A DNA stretch of 45,794 bases from Rhizaria sp. SCN 62-66 (Eukaryota): positions 62,001-107,794 of the forward strand of contig MEDY01000049.1 in the NCBI GenBank assembly GCA_001724265.1, given 5' to 3'. The notes beneath the pieces were generated by a model. That model was not told where the DNA came from and did not search any database. It saw only the letters and a program-made list of their open reading frames with translations. This document shows, piece by piece, positions 1 through 11,200 of the stretch. The translations under genes and the position numbers were made by a program. Each line of letters opens with the position of its first letter. The first letter of the stretch is position 1.

Positions 1-2
1 TT

Positions 3-1565
3 GAAGCTGCGGTCGCCCAGAGCAGCGAGACTGGCGACGGAATTGACCTCCACGACGCTGCTGCGGCCGACGCAGCTGCTGTTCGCGCCGCGGAGGCGGC
101 CGCAGACACCGGGGCAACGCTCGCCGCGGATGCTGCTAGGGAGGCCGCCGCTGCAACTACTGCTGCCTCCGACGCCGCTGTTCTTGCAGCTCAGACTGCA
201 GCCTCCGTCTCTCGTAATAGTGCTACAACACAGCCAGACTCTGCTGTCGATGCCTCTGCGGCCGCTGCCGAGGACACCGCGACTGTCGCCGCGACGACTG
301 CCGCGGACGCAAGGGCTCTGGCGCAGCTCCACCACCACCACCGTGCCCTGCTCTCAGCGCTCGCCGCGACCAGCGCGCGCAACCTCAGCCAGGCCGCGTC
401 CGCTGCGTCCGCCGTCGCCGCGCGCGACACCGCCCTGCGCAGCCTGCGCCGCGAAGTTGCCTCCAACGAGGCCCTTGTCGCGACTGCGGAGGCGCGCATT
501 GCCAAGGCCGAGCGCGCACGTGCCCGCGCCACCGCGGAGCGCGTTGCCGCGGCGACGACGGCGCGCAGCGGGCTGGCCGGGATCGCCGAGGAGCGTGCGC
601 GGCTGCAGCGCGGGCAGAACGCTCTGCTGGCGCAGTCGCGCGCGCAGGCCGCCGCGGCGCAGGAGCGCGAGACGGCGCTGATTGCGCGGCTGCGCGACAC
701 GGCGCGCGAGCGCGACGCGCTGCAGCTGCACGGCGAGTCCGCGCAGGCGTCGCTGCGGCGGGAGGCCACCGCGCGCGCGACGGCGCTCGAGGCCCGCGTG
801 CGCGCGCTCGAGACGGACCTCGCTGACACCGTCGCGACTGCGGCGGACGCCGCGGCCGCACTGACGCTGCGCGTTGAGGCGGCTGAAGGCAAGCTCTCGC
901 TCATGCGGCGCGCGCGCGGGTTCCTCGAGGGCGAGCGGCTTTGGCTGGGCGTAGAAGTCGCGGGCGAGACGCGCGCCAACGCGCGGCCTGGTCTGCGCGT
1001 CCTCGCCCTCGCGCGCGCGGGCCCCTGTCGCGAGGCTGGCGTCGAGCCCGACGACTACATCGTGTCGTGCAACGGCGTCGCGCTGACGCAGACGAGCGAC
1101 ATGGTCGCCATCGCGGCTTCCGCGTGGCCTGGCGACACCGTCTCTCTGCTCGTCGAGCGCAAGGTGCGCGGCGCGCGCGATCAATACGAGCCGCTGCTGT
1201 TCTCGATCAAGACGTGCTCGCGGTCGCTGCCGCACGCCGCGCTGGCGCACCTGGGCGAGATGGCGCGCGGCGCGGCGCTGAGCCCGGACGACGACGCCGC
1301 GCTGGGGAGGTACTTGCGCGCCAACGCGGCCGCGGTCGCCAAACGCGTCGCGACGAGCCACGATGAGGGCGGCGCCGGTGCCGGCTCCGGCGCGAGGGCG
1401 GGGCAGCAACAGCACCAGTCGCAGGCTGGGAGCGCGCGTGACCGCAGCCGCGAGCGCCGGGGCAGTCGGGTCGGACAGCAGCAGCAACAGCAACAACACG
1501 GAGCGGGTGATAGCAGCGGCTCGCCGCGGAGGAGGAGCTTATCGCGCATGGACGAAGGATTCTAA
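3..1565 (+). CDS. Ala-rich coiled-coil protein with C-terminal PDZ domain (5' partial)
   Basis: Frame 3 is open from the window start (GAA GCT GCG GTC...) through ORF 798..1565. A helical Ala/Glu/Arg segment precedes the PDZ-like WLGVEV...GLRVLALARAGPCREAGVEPDDYIVSCNGVAL...PGDTVSLLVER. Ends in TAA, then the sequence drops abruptly to AT-rich. Confidence 0.75.
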   Translation, partial: EAAVAQSSETGDGIDLHDAAAADAAAVRAAEAAADTGATLAADAAREAAAATTAASDAAVLAAQTAASVSRNSATTQPDSAVDASAAAAEDTATVAATTAADARALAQLHHHHRALLSALAATSARNLSQAASAASAVAARDTALRSLRREVASNEALVATAEARIAKAERARARATAERVAAATTARSGLAGIAEERARLQRGQNALLAQSRAQAAAAQERETALIARLRDTARERDALQLHGESAQASLRREATARATALEARVRALETDLADTVATAADAAAALTLRVEAAEGKLSLMRRARGFLEGERLWLGVEVAGETRANARPGLRVLALARAGPCREAGVEPDDYIVSCNGVALTQTSDMVAIAASAWPGDTVSLLVERKVRGARDQYEPLLFSIKTCSRSLPHAALAHLGEMARGAALSPDDDAALGRYLRANAAAVAKRVATSHDEGGAGAGSGARAGQQQHQSQAGSARDRSRERRGSRVGQQQQQQQHGAGDSSGSPRRRSLSRMDEGF

Positions 1566-2213
1566 CGCCACTCTGGTTTAATAACATGTTTCAATTCACT
1601 TTATTTTTTACTGATACCTAGAGTATTGACTATATACACCGAATACTATGTTTGATTCAAACTTCGTTTCGCTTAGGTGCGGTACGCGGACGGTTTGCAC
1701 GATGGCAGAATGACTAACCGTATGTACACAATGTATTACAACTACTGATGCATGTTTTAGTTTTCAAGTTCCGTGCGCCTCGGCCGCCTTTTTATACTTT
1801 TTTAACGACTGGACGAACCATCCCGTCCCAAATCGCCTACAGTCCAGTTAATTACGGAACAAGATCACTTTTCCGATGCGAAATCAGTTGAATTAGTACG
1901 CACTACCTAGTTGATTATCTAGATAAGCTTTTATACACAGAAAATACATAGTATTTATTCTGAAATCAACTCAAATTAATTTCCACCACGAATGACTTTT
2001 GCTCGGTCAGCAGAGAAATAGCGCTTGTGGCCAGAACGAATGTCCAGACTAAACAGGTTGATAGTCGTCAAACGTGAATAATATTGCAGTCACCAATATG
2101 AACCAACTTAAACTTATATATATTATTTTATCATTTCTCTTAGATCACTTTGACAGACACTCTGCAGAGACGACGAATCTCCCAACCAAGTGCCACGTCC
2201 TCCCTCTTCGACG

Positions 2214-3338
2214 ATGCTTTCGAACGCGAATAACCTTGGACGCAGTGGTCCTGGCTCAATGTCCCCGCCTGGCCCGCACACGCCAGCTGCTAACTTTACG
2301 CCCTTTGACGACCGCGTGCTGAACCGGCACTGGGAGATGCGCGCCGTGGACCACCCTGGCTCTGCTGGCCTGGGCAGCAGCTTGCCTGTGAGCAACAGCG
2401 AGCTCACTGTCGCGCACCTGCACCGCGCCGCGACCTGCGGCGACCTCAACACTATAATCCGCTGCCTCACCAACGACGACGTGCGCAAGGCTATCAACAC
2501 TCCCGACCACGGCGGCGCTACGGCGCTGAGCCACGCTGTGTTCAAGGACGCGGAGTGGTGCGTCGCCGCCTTGCTTAACGCGCGCGCCGACCCCAACGTA
2601 AAGCTCAGCGACGGCCGCACCGCGCTGCATGTCGCGGCGTACTACAACAAGACGGGCGCGCTGAAGCGGCTGCTGCAGAATCCGATGACGCGCACGAGCG
2701 AGATCAACTTCCCCGTCAAGCCGATGCTCAACGCGAGCATGATCTTCTCCCGCAACGGCGTCCTGATGGGCACGCCGCTGCACTTCGCCGCTGAGAAGAG
2801 CCGCTCGGAGGCGTTCCTTATGCTTGTTAAGGCCGGCGCGGACGCGGCTGTGGTGACGTTTGGGGGGGAGACGGCCCTGCACGTTGGTTGCCGCTCGCAT
2901 GTGAGCGCGGAGGGGTTGTGGGAGTTGTTGTGGGCGACCAAGACGCGCATGGCGCGCGAAGACGACGCTGCTGTCGCATACAGCAACAGCGTTATGACAA
3001 ATGACCGCAACAATAGCAGCAACAACGCTGACGACGAAAGCAGCACCAGTGCTGGCAAAAGCGAGGGTTGCGAGAGCAGTCCTGCTGAGGGTGCGGTGAA
3101 GCCTGAGAGCAACAACTGCGAGTCAACGGCTGGGGCTGTAACTGCGTCTGCGCCTGGGGCTGATGCTGAAGCAGTGGCGGACTGCGCCGAGACACATGAG
3201 GCACGTGGTATGACCGACACTGATGCCGGTACTCGGGACAACGCAGAGATTGTGTCTTAGACAGCTGCAGTTACTTCGCCGGCGAAGGTTGTGCATGAGA
3301 GCGCTCTCTGTGAGGAGGAAGAAGAAGCCGGGGTTTGA
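2214..3338 (+). CDS. Ankyrin-repeat protein with one in-frame TAG (3258-3260); 374 aa if TAG is sense
   Basis: Ankyrin motifs HLHRAATCGD, GATALSHAV, GRTALHVAAYYN, GTPLHFAA, GETALHVGC. ATG at 2214. After TAG 3258-3260, coding-like sequence continues (TAAVTSPAKVVHESALCEEEEEAGV) to TGA 3336-3338, where AT-rich DNA begins. Confidence 0.8.
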
Positions 3339-3781
3339 ACTCTAAACAGGGTTTAACTTGTGCCAAATTTGAAATTTTGAAGTTTGTCGCGTTTATATGA
3401 TGCGATACCTCGGGCCAGTTTAATTCGCATATTTGAATGCGACGTTTCTTCTTCCTTAGTCACTGTTTTTTTATTTGGGTTGAGAGATGCGACCAGATAT
3501 TCAATTGCGTAAATAAATTATTTGATTGTGAGAATCTTACAAACGTATTTTTTAACTGAAACGTGCATGTACAAAGTTTAATAATTGAGATATGAAAGAC
3601 GTCTGTATAAATATTGAAGCATAGCTGCAGACTAGTTAAAGATAGGGTTCACGAAATAGTCAATGTTAATCATCAATGTTAATCGTAATAATGAGAATAA
3701 GGAGAGGATAATTATTTTAATATCTTGCTAAATAACAGACTGGCTGTCAATGGTTGCAACAACAAAATGATACGAGTGAAA

Positions 3782-6700
3782 TTACCGCCAAGCATTCGGA
3801 CCCTCAGGCACCTGTTGAGTGTTTCCGTCGTTGTTGGCACCACTGCGACTGTTGTTGCTGTTGCTGCCGCTGGCATGCGCTGCGCCGCGCCTAATGAGCG
3901 CGGACTGTTCGCCCTGCTTAACGAGGTAGTCTTTGCGCCGCTGCGTGCACGCCCGCGCCAGCGCGCTGAAGGCCACATTGCCGCGCGCGGCCACCTCGAT
4001 CGCGCTGCGTTGCGCGCCGCTGGCGCCCACGGTGCGCGCCGCGGTGACGGGGTACGCGGGGCTGCCTACGCACGAGGCCACGACAGCGGCGGAGTGGTGC
4101 TGTGGCTTTGACAGTGGGGGGAATGGCAGCGCGGTGGCCGCGGCGGGGGCGTCTGAGAGGAATGCCAGTGAGGGCAGCAGAGACGGCGGGACAAGCGACA
4201 TCGACGACGGCGCATGGGTCATCCCAGCATGGTAAGGGCCTGGTACAGCAGCGGTAGTGTAATTGGGCAAGTCCGAGCCTGCCGTGCCGCGGGCCCGCAT
4301 CAGGCCTGCGAACACTTGCTCTGGGGGTTGAGTGTGCGCGGGCGAGGCAAAGTGACCGTGAGCGGCGAGGTTGTGACCGTGACCGTGGCCGCGACTGCGG
4401 GCAGAGACCGGCTGTCCTTGGCTTTGACTGAAGTGACTGTGTGCAGCTGATGTGAGAGACTCGTCAGCCTCGGGAAAGCTCTCGAGTGACTGGGAATGCA
4501 GCATCAACGACGGTGAGTGCTGCAGCAACGCTGCTTGCGACTGAGCCTGTGAGCCTCCAAACGACTGTGTCTGAGACACCGATTGCGACTGCGACTGAGA
4601 CCCGGTGGTGCTGAGCAGCTGCAGCTGCGAGAGCGACTGCGACAACGCCAGCACGTGCGAGTGCGACTGCTGCGACTGCAGCTGCGCGTGCGACGTCGCC
4701 GTCTGCAGTTGCCGCGACATCGCGCCCTCCGCGGTCGCCTCAGCGGCGGCCGCGGCCGCCGTGGCGGCGGCACGCGCGGCGGCCGCAGCGGCCACGGTTG
4801 CGGCCGTCACGCCGCCCGCGCTCGCCGCAGCGGCAGCGGCCGCGGCCGCCAGCGTCGCAGCCGTGACGGCCTCGCTGTTGCCGCTACGGCCCCCGTGGGC
4901 CTGCGCAGAGGCGTGGCTGCCTGCGGCGGTCGTGGTGCCGACGAGAAACGGCAGCGCGAGCGGGGACAGCAGCGGCAGCGCAGCCGCGCTGGGCGTCGCC
5001 GTGCCGCTCCGAGTGAGATGCGGGTACGCGTGCATCGTCGCTGGGGACACGTGAGCGGCACCGGTACAGGCCGCAGCGGCGGCGGCGGCGCGGCGCGTGC
5101 GGCGCGGCGACGAAAGCACAGCCGTGCTGGCAGACATGGGCAGGAGCGCGACGGGCGTCTCCACGCTGCCGCCGTGCGCGACGGTGAAGTTGTGCGTTCC
5201 ACTGGCGAGGGCAGAGGCGTTGTTGCTCGCGCCGTACACACTGTACTGGTTGAAAGCGTTCACGCCGCCGTTCCGCAGCGGCGACTGCATTCCCCCGCCG
5301 CCACCGTCCGCAGCCGCACTGTAAGCGCCGTGCCCGGCTGCGTGCGCGTGCGGACCGCGGGCGAGCGTGTACGGGGGAGCCTGCGTGAGCGACTGCGTGT
5401 GCGCGACGGCGCGGGCCCGCGTGCGCGAGCGCGGCGTCGCGGTCGGGCGCACCGAGCTCTGCAGCAGCGGCGACTGCGGCGCCGACGGATGGCCGGGCGG
5501 GGGAGCGTAGGGACTGTGCATGAAAGGACTGTGGGGACCGGTGAGGGGCGCGCCAGGGCCGCCCGTGCTGTTGAAGAAGACGGGGGACCCGGCGGTGTGA
5601 TGGGGCACAAGGCTGGAACTGCCGGGAATCAATGGCAGTCCTTGCGTCGGCGACTGCAGATATCCTTGCGGAGACTGAGCGTATAGAAACTGTTCGAGCT
5701 GTTGTTGCTGTTGTAGATGTTGTTGCATCTGTTGTTGTTGCTGCTGCATCTGCTGCTAATGTTGCATCTGCTGCTGTTGTTCCGGAGTGAGCGGCGTTGA
5801 CCGCGGGGACTGTGCAAACGGATCGCTGCCATCCAGGAACCCGCCGCTCGATGTAAGCATCATCACGGGGCCATACTCGTCTGCGCCACTGCCACTGTTT
5901 GTCCCGGGCCCGCTCTGGCCGCCCTGCTGCGTGTTGAGACCAAGCGCAGCAATACTGGGCGCCTTCGCGTTCTTCGCGGCGGCGGCGTCGACTGTAGGCA
6001 GTGGTAACATCGTCGCGTTGATTATCGCCACGCTTGTGTCCGCGCGCTTGCTACCGTCAACGCGAGTCGTGACCAAGTCGACGTGACTCGGCGCCAACGC
6101 GTTCGCATTGGCGCTGACAAGAGCCTGTATATCGACAAGAGCGGTGGGCTCAGAGCTGGCGCTCGCGGGCTGAATCGCCTCTAGATCCCGGTTGCGACTG
6201 GGCTTGCGGCTGTGGTGTCCCCCGCGACTGTGCCCGCGACTGTGCGCGCGGCTGTGTCCAACAGCGCTGACCTCACTGATGTTGCGGCTGTGCCGCCCCG
6301 TCGCTTTCCCGCCGTTGTCGACGTCGCGGCTGTGCGTGCGGCTGTGCAGCCCGTGGCCGTGGTGGCCGTGGGCCGCCGCCGGCGACGGACTGTGGGTCGC
6401 GGACCGCAGCAGCGCCACGTCGGGCGCCGGGGACGGCGACGACGCAGCGCCCGCAGCCGCGCCCGCGTCGAGACCGGGCGTGGGCGAGTGCGGCGTGCCG
6501 CCGTGCATCTGCGACGGGGCGCGGGACAGCGACCGGGACTGCGGCAACACGACGGCGCCCAGCCACCACTCTTCCTCTCTCGCGCCGTCGCCGGCCTCTG
6601 CAGCGGCGGCCGCCGCAGCGCTCACGGCCGCGACGTGATCGCTCTCGGTGCCGGGGGCAGGCGTGACGGACAGCATGACTCCGTGGTGCTGCACGGGATT

Positions 6701-7837
6701 TTCGGGGCTGTTTGACTTGGCAACGCCATGGCCGTACGCCACCGTTGCGACACTCGCGCGCGCATTATTGCCATGCGACCCGGCGCTGCTATTGTTGTTG
6801 CTGTTCGGGTTCATCCCAGGGGGGCTGTTGAGCGCGTTATTGGCGTTCGAGATCTGCACCAGCGACCGCATCCGGACGAGGTACGCCCTGGCCTCGCTCT
6901 CCGCGTCCGCGCGGTCACGCTCGCCGTCGTCATCAGCCATCGCCGGTCCCACTGCAAGTGCGCCGCCGCCGCCACCGCCGTCATCGCGCTGCGAACGCGA
7001 CTGCGAGCGCGACCGCGAGCGTGACCGCGACTGCGGGTGCAGGGGCGAGCGCGTGCGCACTGAGCGGGCGGTGAGGAACGGCGACCGGCGCCGCGACAGC
7101 GCCGGGGACTGCGACGGCGAGATGTCCCGCGGGTGCAGCAGGTGCGAGGGAGCACGACATGGCGACTGGGGCTGAGGCACATGCGTCACTGTTGGCGCAG
7201 CTGCAGGCCCAGCGGGGACCGAGCCCACAGTGGCCAGCCGGCGCACCGGGGGCGGCGAGCGCGCGTCACTGCCGTCCTGCTGCTCTTGTGCCTGCCCGGC
7301 GCGGCTGTGGCCGGACATAACAGTGCCGCGGCGAAGGATGGCGCTGGAATGCGTCTGTTCTCCGTGTAGTTGTCCAGGCAGCGAGAGCATTGACGCGCGG
7401 CTGTGGGTATTCGGCCGGGTCGTAAGGGTCGCAGGCAGCGTCGTTACCAGCGGGGCGTCGCGCCAGTACAGCGTCTGTGCCGTCGCCAGCGGCGCGGGCC
7501 CGGACGAGGCTCCTATGAGAGAAGAGCTCGAGCCGGAGGCGGTGAGCCCAGCTGCGGTGGCGGTCGCCGTGGGGACCAGCGCCAGGTCCAGGAGCAGCGC
7601 GTTCATGTTGGTCGCACGGCGGGACGGTGCGTAGGGCTGCTGCGTCGGCTGGTCGCGCTGCGAGTGTGGCTCGGCCAGCGGGTCGTGGATGAGAGAACGG
7701 CGAGGGTTGCTCGCAGGGGAGAGAGTAAGGCCGCGCGCGCGCGATGCGGGTGTCCCCATCAAATCCGGTGCGGACGAAAAGTCGCGAGAGCCTGAGAGCA
7801 CGTCCCCGCCCGAGTGTGGGGCGGACGGGGAGTCCAT
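3782..7837 (-). CDS. Large low-complexity (Ser/Ala/Gln/His-rich) protein, about 1351 aa, with one in-frame TAG inside a polyQ tract
   Basis: ORFs 5756..7837 and 3782..5749 are in the same frame, separated only by TAG (5758-5756) in ...CAG ATG CAA CAT TAG CAG CAG ATG CAG.... GC-rich coding character is unbroken with no AT-rich intron. Ends in TAA. No recognisable domain. Confidence 0.7.
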
Positions 7838-8296
7838 GTGGATCAGGGCGGCCCGAGCGCAGCAAGAGCAACGGAGGCTGCTTCAGAGAGTGTGGGATGG
7901 CTTCAGAAACGATTGCTGAAAACAGGAATAGAATCGTTCGAGGAGGGTTGTAAGAAGATTTCGTGTGCTAAACAGTACATCAAATGTGGAATCGTCACGC
8001 GAATGCATTTCTACGATGGCCTTGCTAAGAACAACCTTTATGAAAACAGTCGCTTCGAGCCTGACCCGCCACGATCCTTCCCATGGTTCCACGATCACCA
8101 CCCAAAAGTTGGCGCCGAAGACCTGAACTTAGTTCACAAGTCATGCAATGTTTTGATTGTCAAATGTACAAATTGGACTGTTTATGGATAAAAATTGTGT
8201 TTTATCTTAATGTGCCTTTATAAAACTGTGTATTAGTCTTACAATTCCTGTTTATTATTGTGTTTTTAAACCTGTAGTGCGAAGTCGACAACTCCG

Positions 8297-11200
8297 ATGC
8301 CGCACCCAACATCGGTTGGCTCCGCGGAGTCCCCACCGTCGCAGACCGCTGCAACGCACTCATGTGCAGTATGCGGCGCCGCAATGCCCTTATCGGCAAA
8401 GCGCGCCGCACGTCAACGCTCTGTTTGCAAGCCATGCTTGCTGGTATGTCGTGTGCAACCCGTGTGCAACCCATCCAGCTCAAACATGTTATCGAGATTC
8501 CATTCGCCAATGCGGCATGTAGACTCACCATCCATGTGTTATGGTTTTTTCCCTTGGTATATAGGCTGAGATTGAGGCTGGTGATGGTTCTGGTACTGAT
8601 AACGAGCTACCTGTCTCGGACAACACAACCACGAGCGCATCCGCGACCTCATCTGCAAGCGAGTCTGTCACTGATCGCGCATTCGTCGCGACCGCAGTGA
8701 AGTCGTTTGCTCGTCAACTGCGCGAAATGAAGTCACTGGGCACACATACTCCACCCACTATGGCCTTGCGTGACTCAAATCCTGCTGTCATAAACGAGAA
8801 CGGCAGCGGCGGCTCCACAAGTAAGGCTGAGCGACGCGATGAAAACGTAGGCGCACTTGACAAGACGCTGACTAACATTAGGGTTATTTGTGTTTGAATT
8901 TCCAAAATATCTCGAACTACGTCTCATTAACATCATTTTTGTCACTGCTACTGTCTTGTATTTGCGTCTAGTACTGTTACGAGCACCAGACACCGATCCG
9001 CATTGTGAACTTTTGCGACACATGCGTCACCCCGGTCTGTCACCAGTGCGCACTATTGCACCCTACCCACAAGGCGCACCAGTTTCGCACGGTTGTTGAT
9101 GTCGAGCTAGAACTGCTGGAGAGGACGAAGACGCTCCATGCGCTCTACGCCGACTTCACATATCGTCAAGACGTACGCATTAATATGACTATAGGTTACC
9201 TTCAATCCGCTTTTAAAAGAATCCATGTTCAGAAATCCAGCTGTGAAGAACTCACATGTCAAATTGTGTGCATTTTTTGTTTCCAGTCGCAATCCATTGC
9301 GATGTCCAAGCTTGTTTCGGCCTCGTCGTCACTTCTTTCGCACACAAAAGACGCTTCTGCGACGTCGCTATCCGTGCGTTCGGCGCGCCCCGCCATCAGC
9401 GCGCACTCGAACATTGCTGCCTACAACGACCTAGCACACAAACACGAGGCCTCACTGCGCGCCTCTGCCCTCGCCACGCTGCAGTCGATCACCGCGGCGA
9501 CAGCGACCCCGGCTCTGGCCACGCTCGCGCCGCTGCTGCTGGACTGTGCGTGCTGGCCCACCCGCGTCGCGCCCTCGCTCGTCGTTGGCCCCGCGCGCTG
9601 GCAACGTGCGCGCGCCGCTCTCGCCGCAGCGGCTGCGGACGCCGCGCGCGCCACGGCACCACTCGCAGTCACCGTCGCCGCCGCGGTCCCGGCCACCGCA
9701 TTGGGCGTGATGGTCGATCGCAAGTCCACCACAGTAGTTGCAGGCGCAGCTGGGGCGGAAAATCGTGTTTTTATCGGACAGACAGCGTATCACGGTCTGG
9801 TGATCTCGTACTATGCTGTGCGCGTGTGTGGTGGCTGCGGCAACTGCGAGCACAGTAACACCGTTGCCCACAGGCAAAACCGCGCCGCCGTCGAGGGCAT
9901 TTCATCGTCTCTGTCGTGCCCCTCAAGCACTACGACTGATGCGAACTCCAATGGTACCAGCCGTGATGACGTATCAGCCGCGCCCGTCTGCAGCAACGGC
10001 TGCGCTATCGGCGTCGAGGCCGTGGTCTCCGTCCCTCGGCACGCGCCGCTCCTGCAGTCCAAGTACCGCACCCACCGCGAGCGCGGCCGCGAGATTGCAG
10101 CCCTCTTTTCTGACGAGATCAGGGTTCAGGCTGACGCAGCCGCAACGGCAGCAGCGGGTGCGGACGTGTCGCTGCCGTACCCCATGTTGCCTGCAGCCAC
10201 TCACAGTATTAGCTCGAGTCAGGTGACGAGCAGTGTGCTTGATCCTGTCGGCCCCAGCGCGGCTGAGAGCGGCAACGCGCCAACGGCAGTTGCTGTTGGC
10301 AAGGGCAAGACCAAGAACAAAGCTAAGAACGCGGGGACTGCCTCGGCGAGTTCCTCAACAGTCACGGGGGCGACTGTGTCAGACGTGGGCGCCGCGACTC
10401 CGTCAATGGTTGACATCGCCGTCTTCTCGGTTGACGCCACAGTCACCGTCGTCGCCGCGGCGGTTTCTCCCAGTGCGTTTACTCCCAGCTTCTTGTCGCC
10501 GGCGTGGTACGCGGAGAAACTCATCGCCGCCGCGCGCGCGCTGCCGCCCAATGAGGCGCTGTGCGTGCCGAGGTAGGTTGCCGTTAAGGCGGAGAATGGT
10601 GAAGAAAAGAAGAGCGAGGACAGTGTGAGTGCGCGTGCGACTGGTGCTAGTGACGCAAAGCCAGCTGAAGCTTCGGCGAGGTATATCCCGTCGAAGCTTA
10701 TCTGCCGCTATCCGACTCTGTTACCGAAGGCGGCTCGCGATGACATGGTACTAACGCCCGCGCCGTATACGAGTGAGGCGCTGAGTCGTGCGCTTGCTGA
10801 AGCCCACAGTTAGTCCCGAAATAACTCTGAGATTACGACGGCCGGTCTCGGCAGCGGTTTTGAAGATGTCATCTGGACGCTGCAGTCTTCGGCAGCTGAC
10901 GCATTGGCGTTGACGATCGCGACTCCGACAGACCCTGTTGTGGCAGCAGTCTCCAATGCGGACGCAGATGCTGATACGTCAGGATTGTCAGCCACGGACG
11001 CAGCTTCTGCTGCTCTCGGTAGCACCGCAACGCACATTGCGGACGCTGACTCCACCCATGTGTCGTCATCGCCAGCGCTGGCCTCAATCCCCGGAGTTGT
11101 GGACGTCATCATGCGCTCTCAGAGCGTGGTCACCGTGGGCGCAGCCGTCTCCACAGTGGGCCGCGGTGCAGTAGTGACTGTGAGCAGCGTCGCCGCAGCG

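Noticed and set aside
1563-1650. TAA also reassigned (ciliate-type UAR=Gln code)
   Set aside because: No internal TAA was found in any gene. TAA sits at the expected ends of conserved proteins and at GC-to-AT transitions.
9173-9286. Stop-free 114-nt segment read as coding in ORF 9005..10576
   Set aside because: AT-rich, bounded by GTACGC...TTCCAG, and at the same position as the intron in paralog B, so it is treated as an intron.
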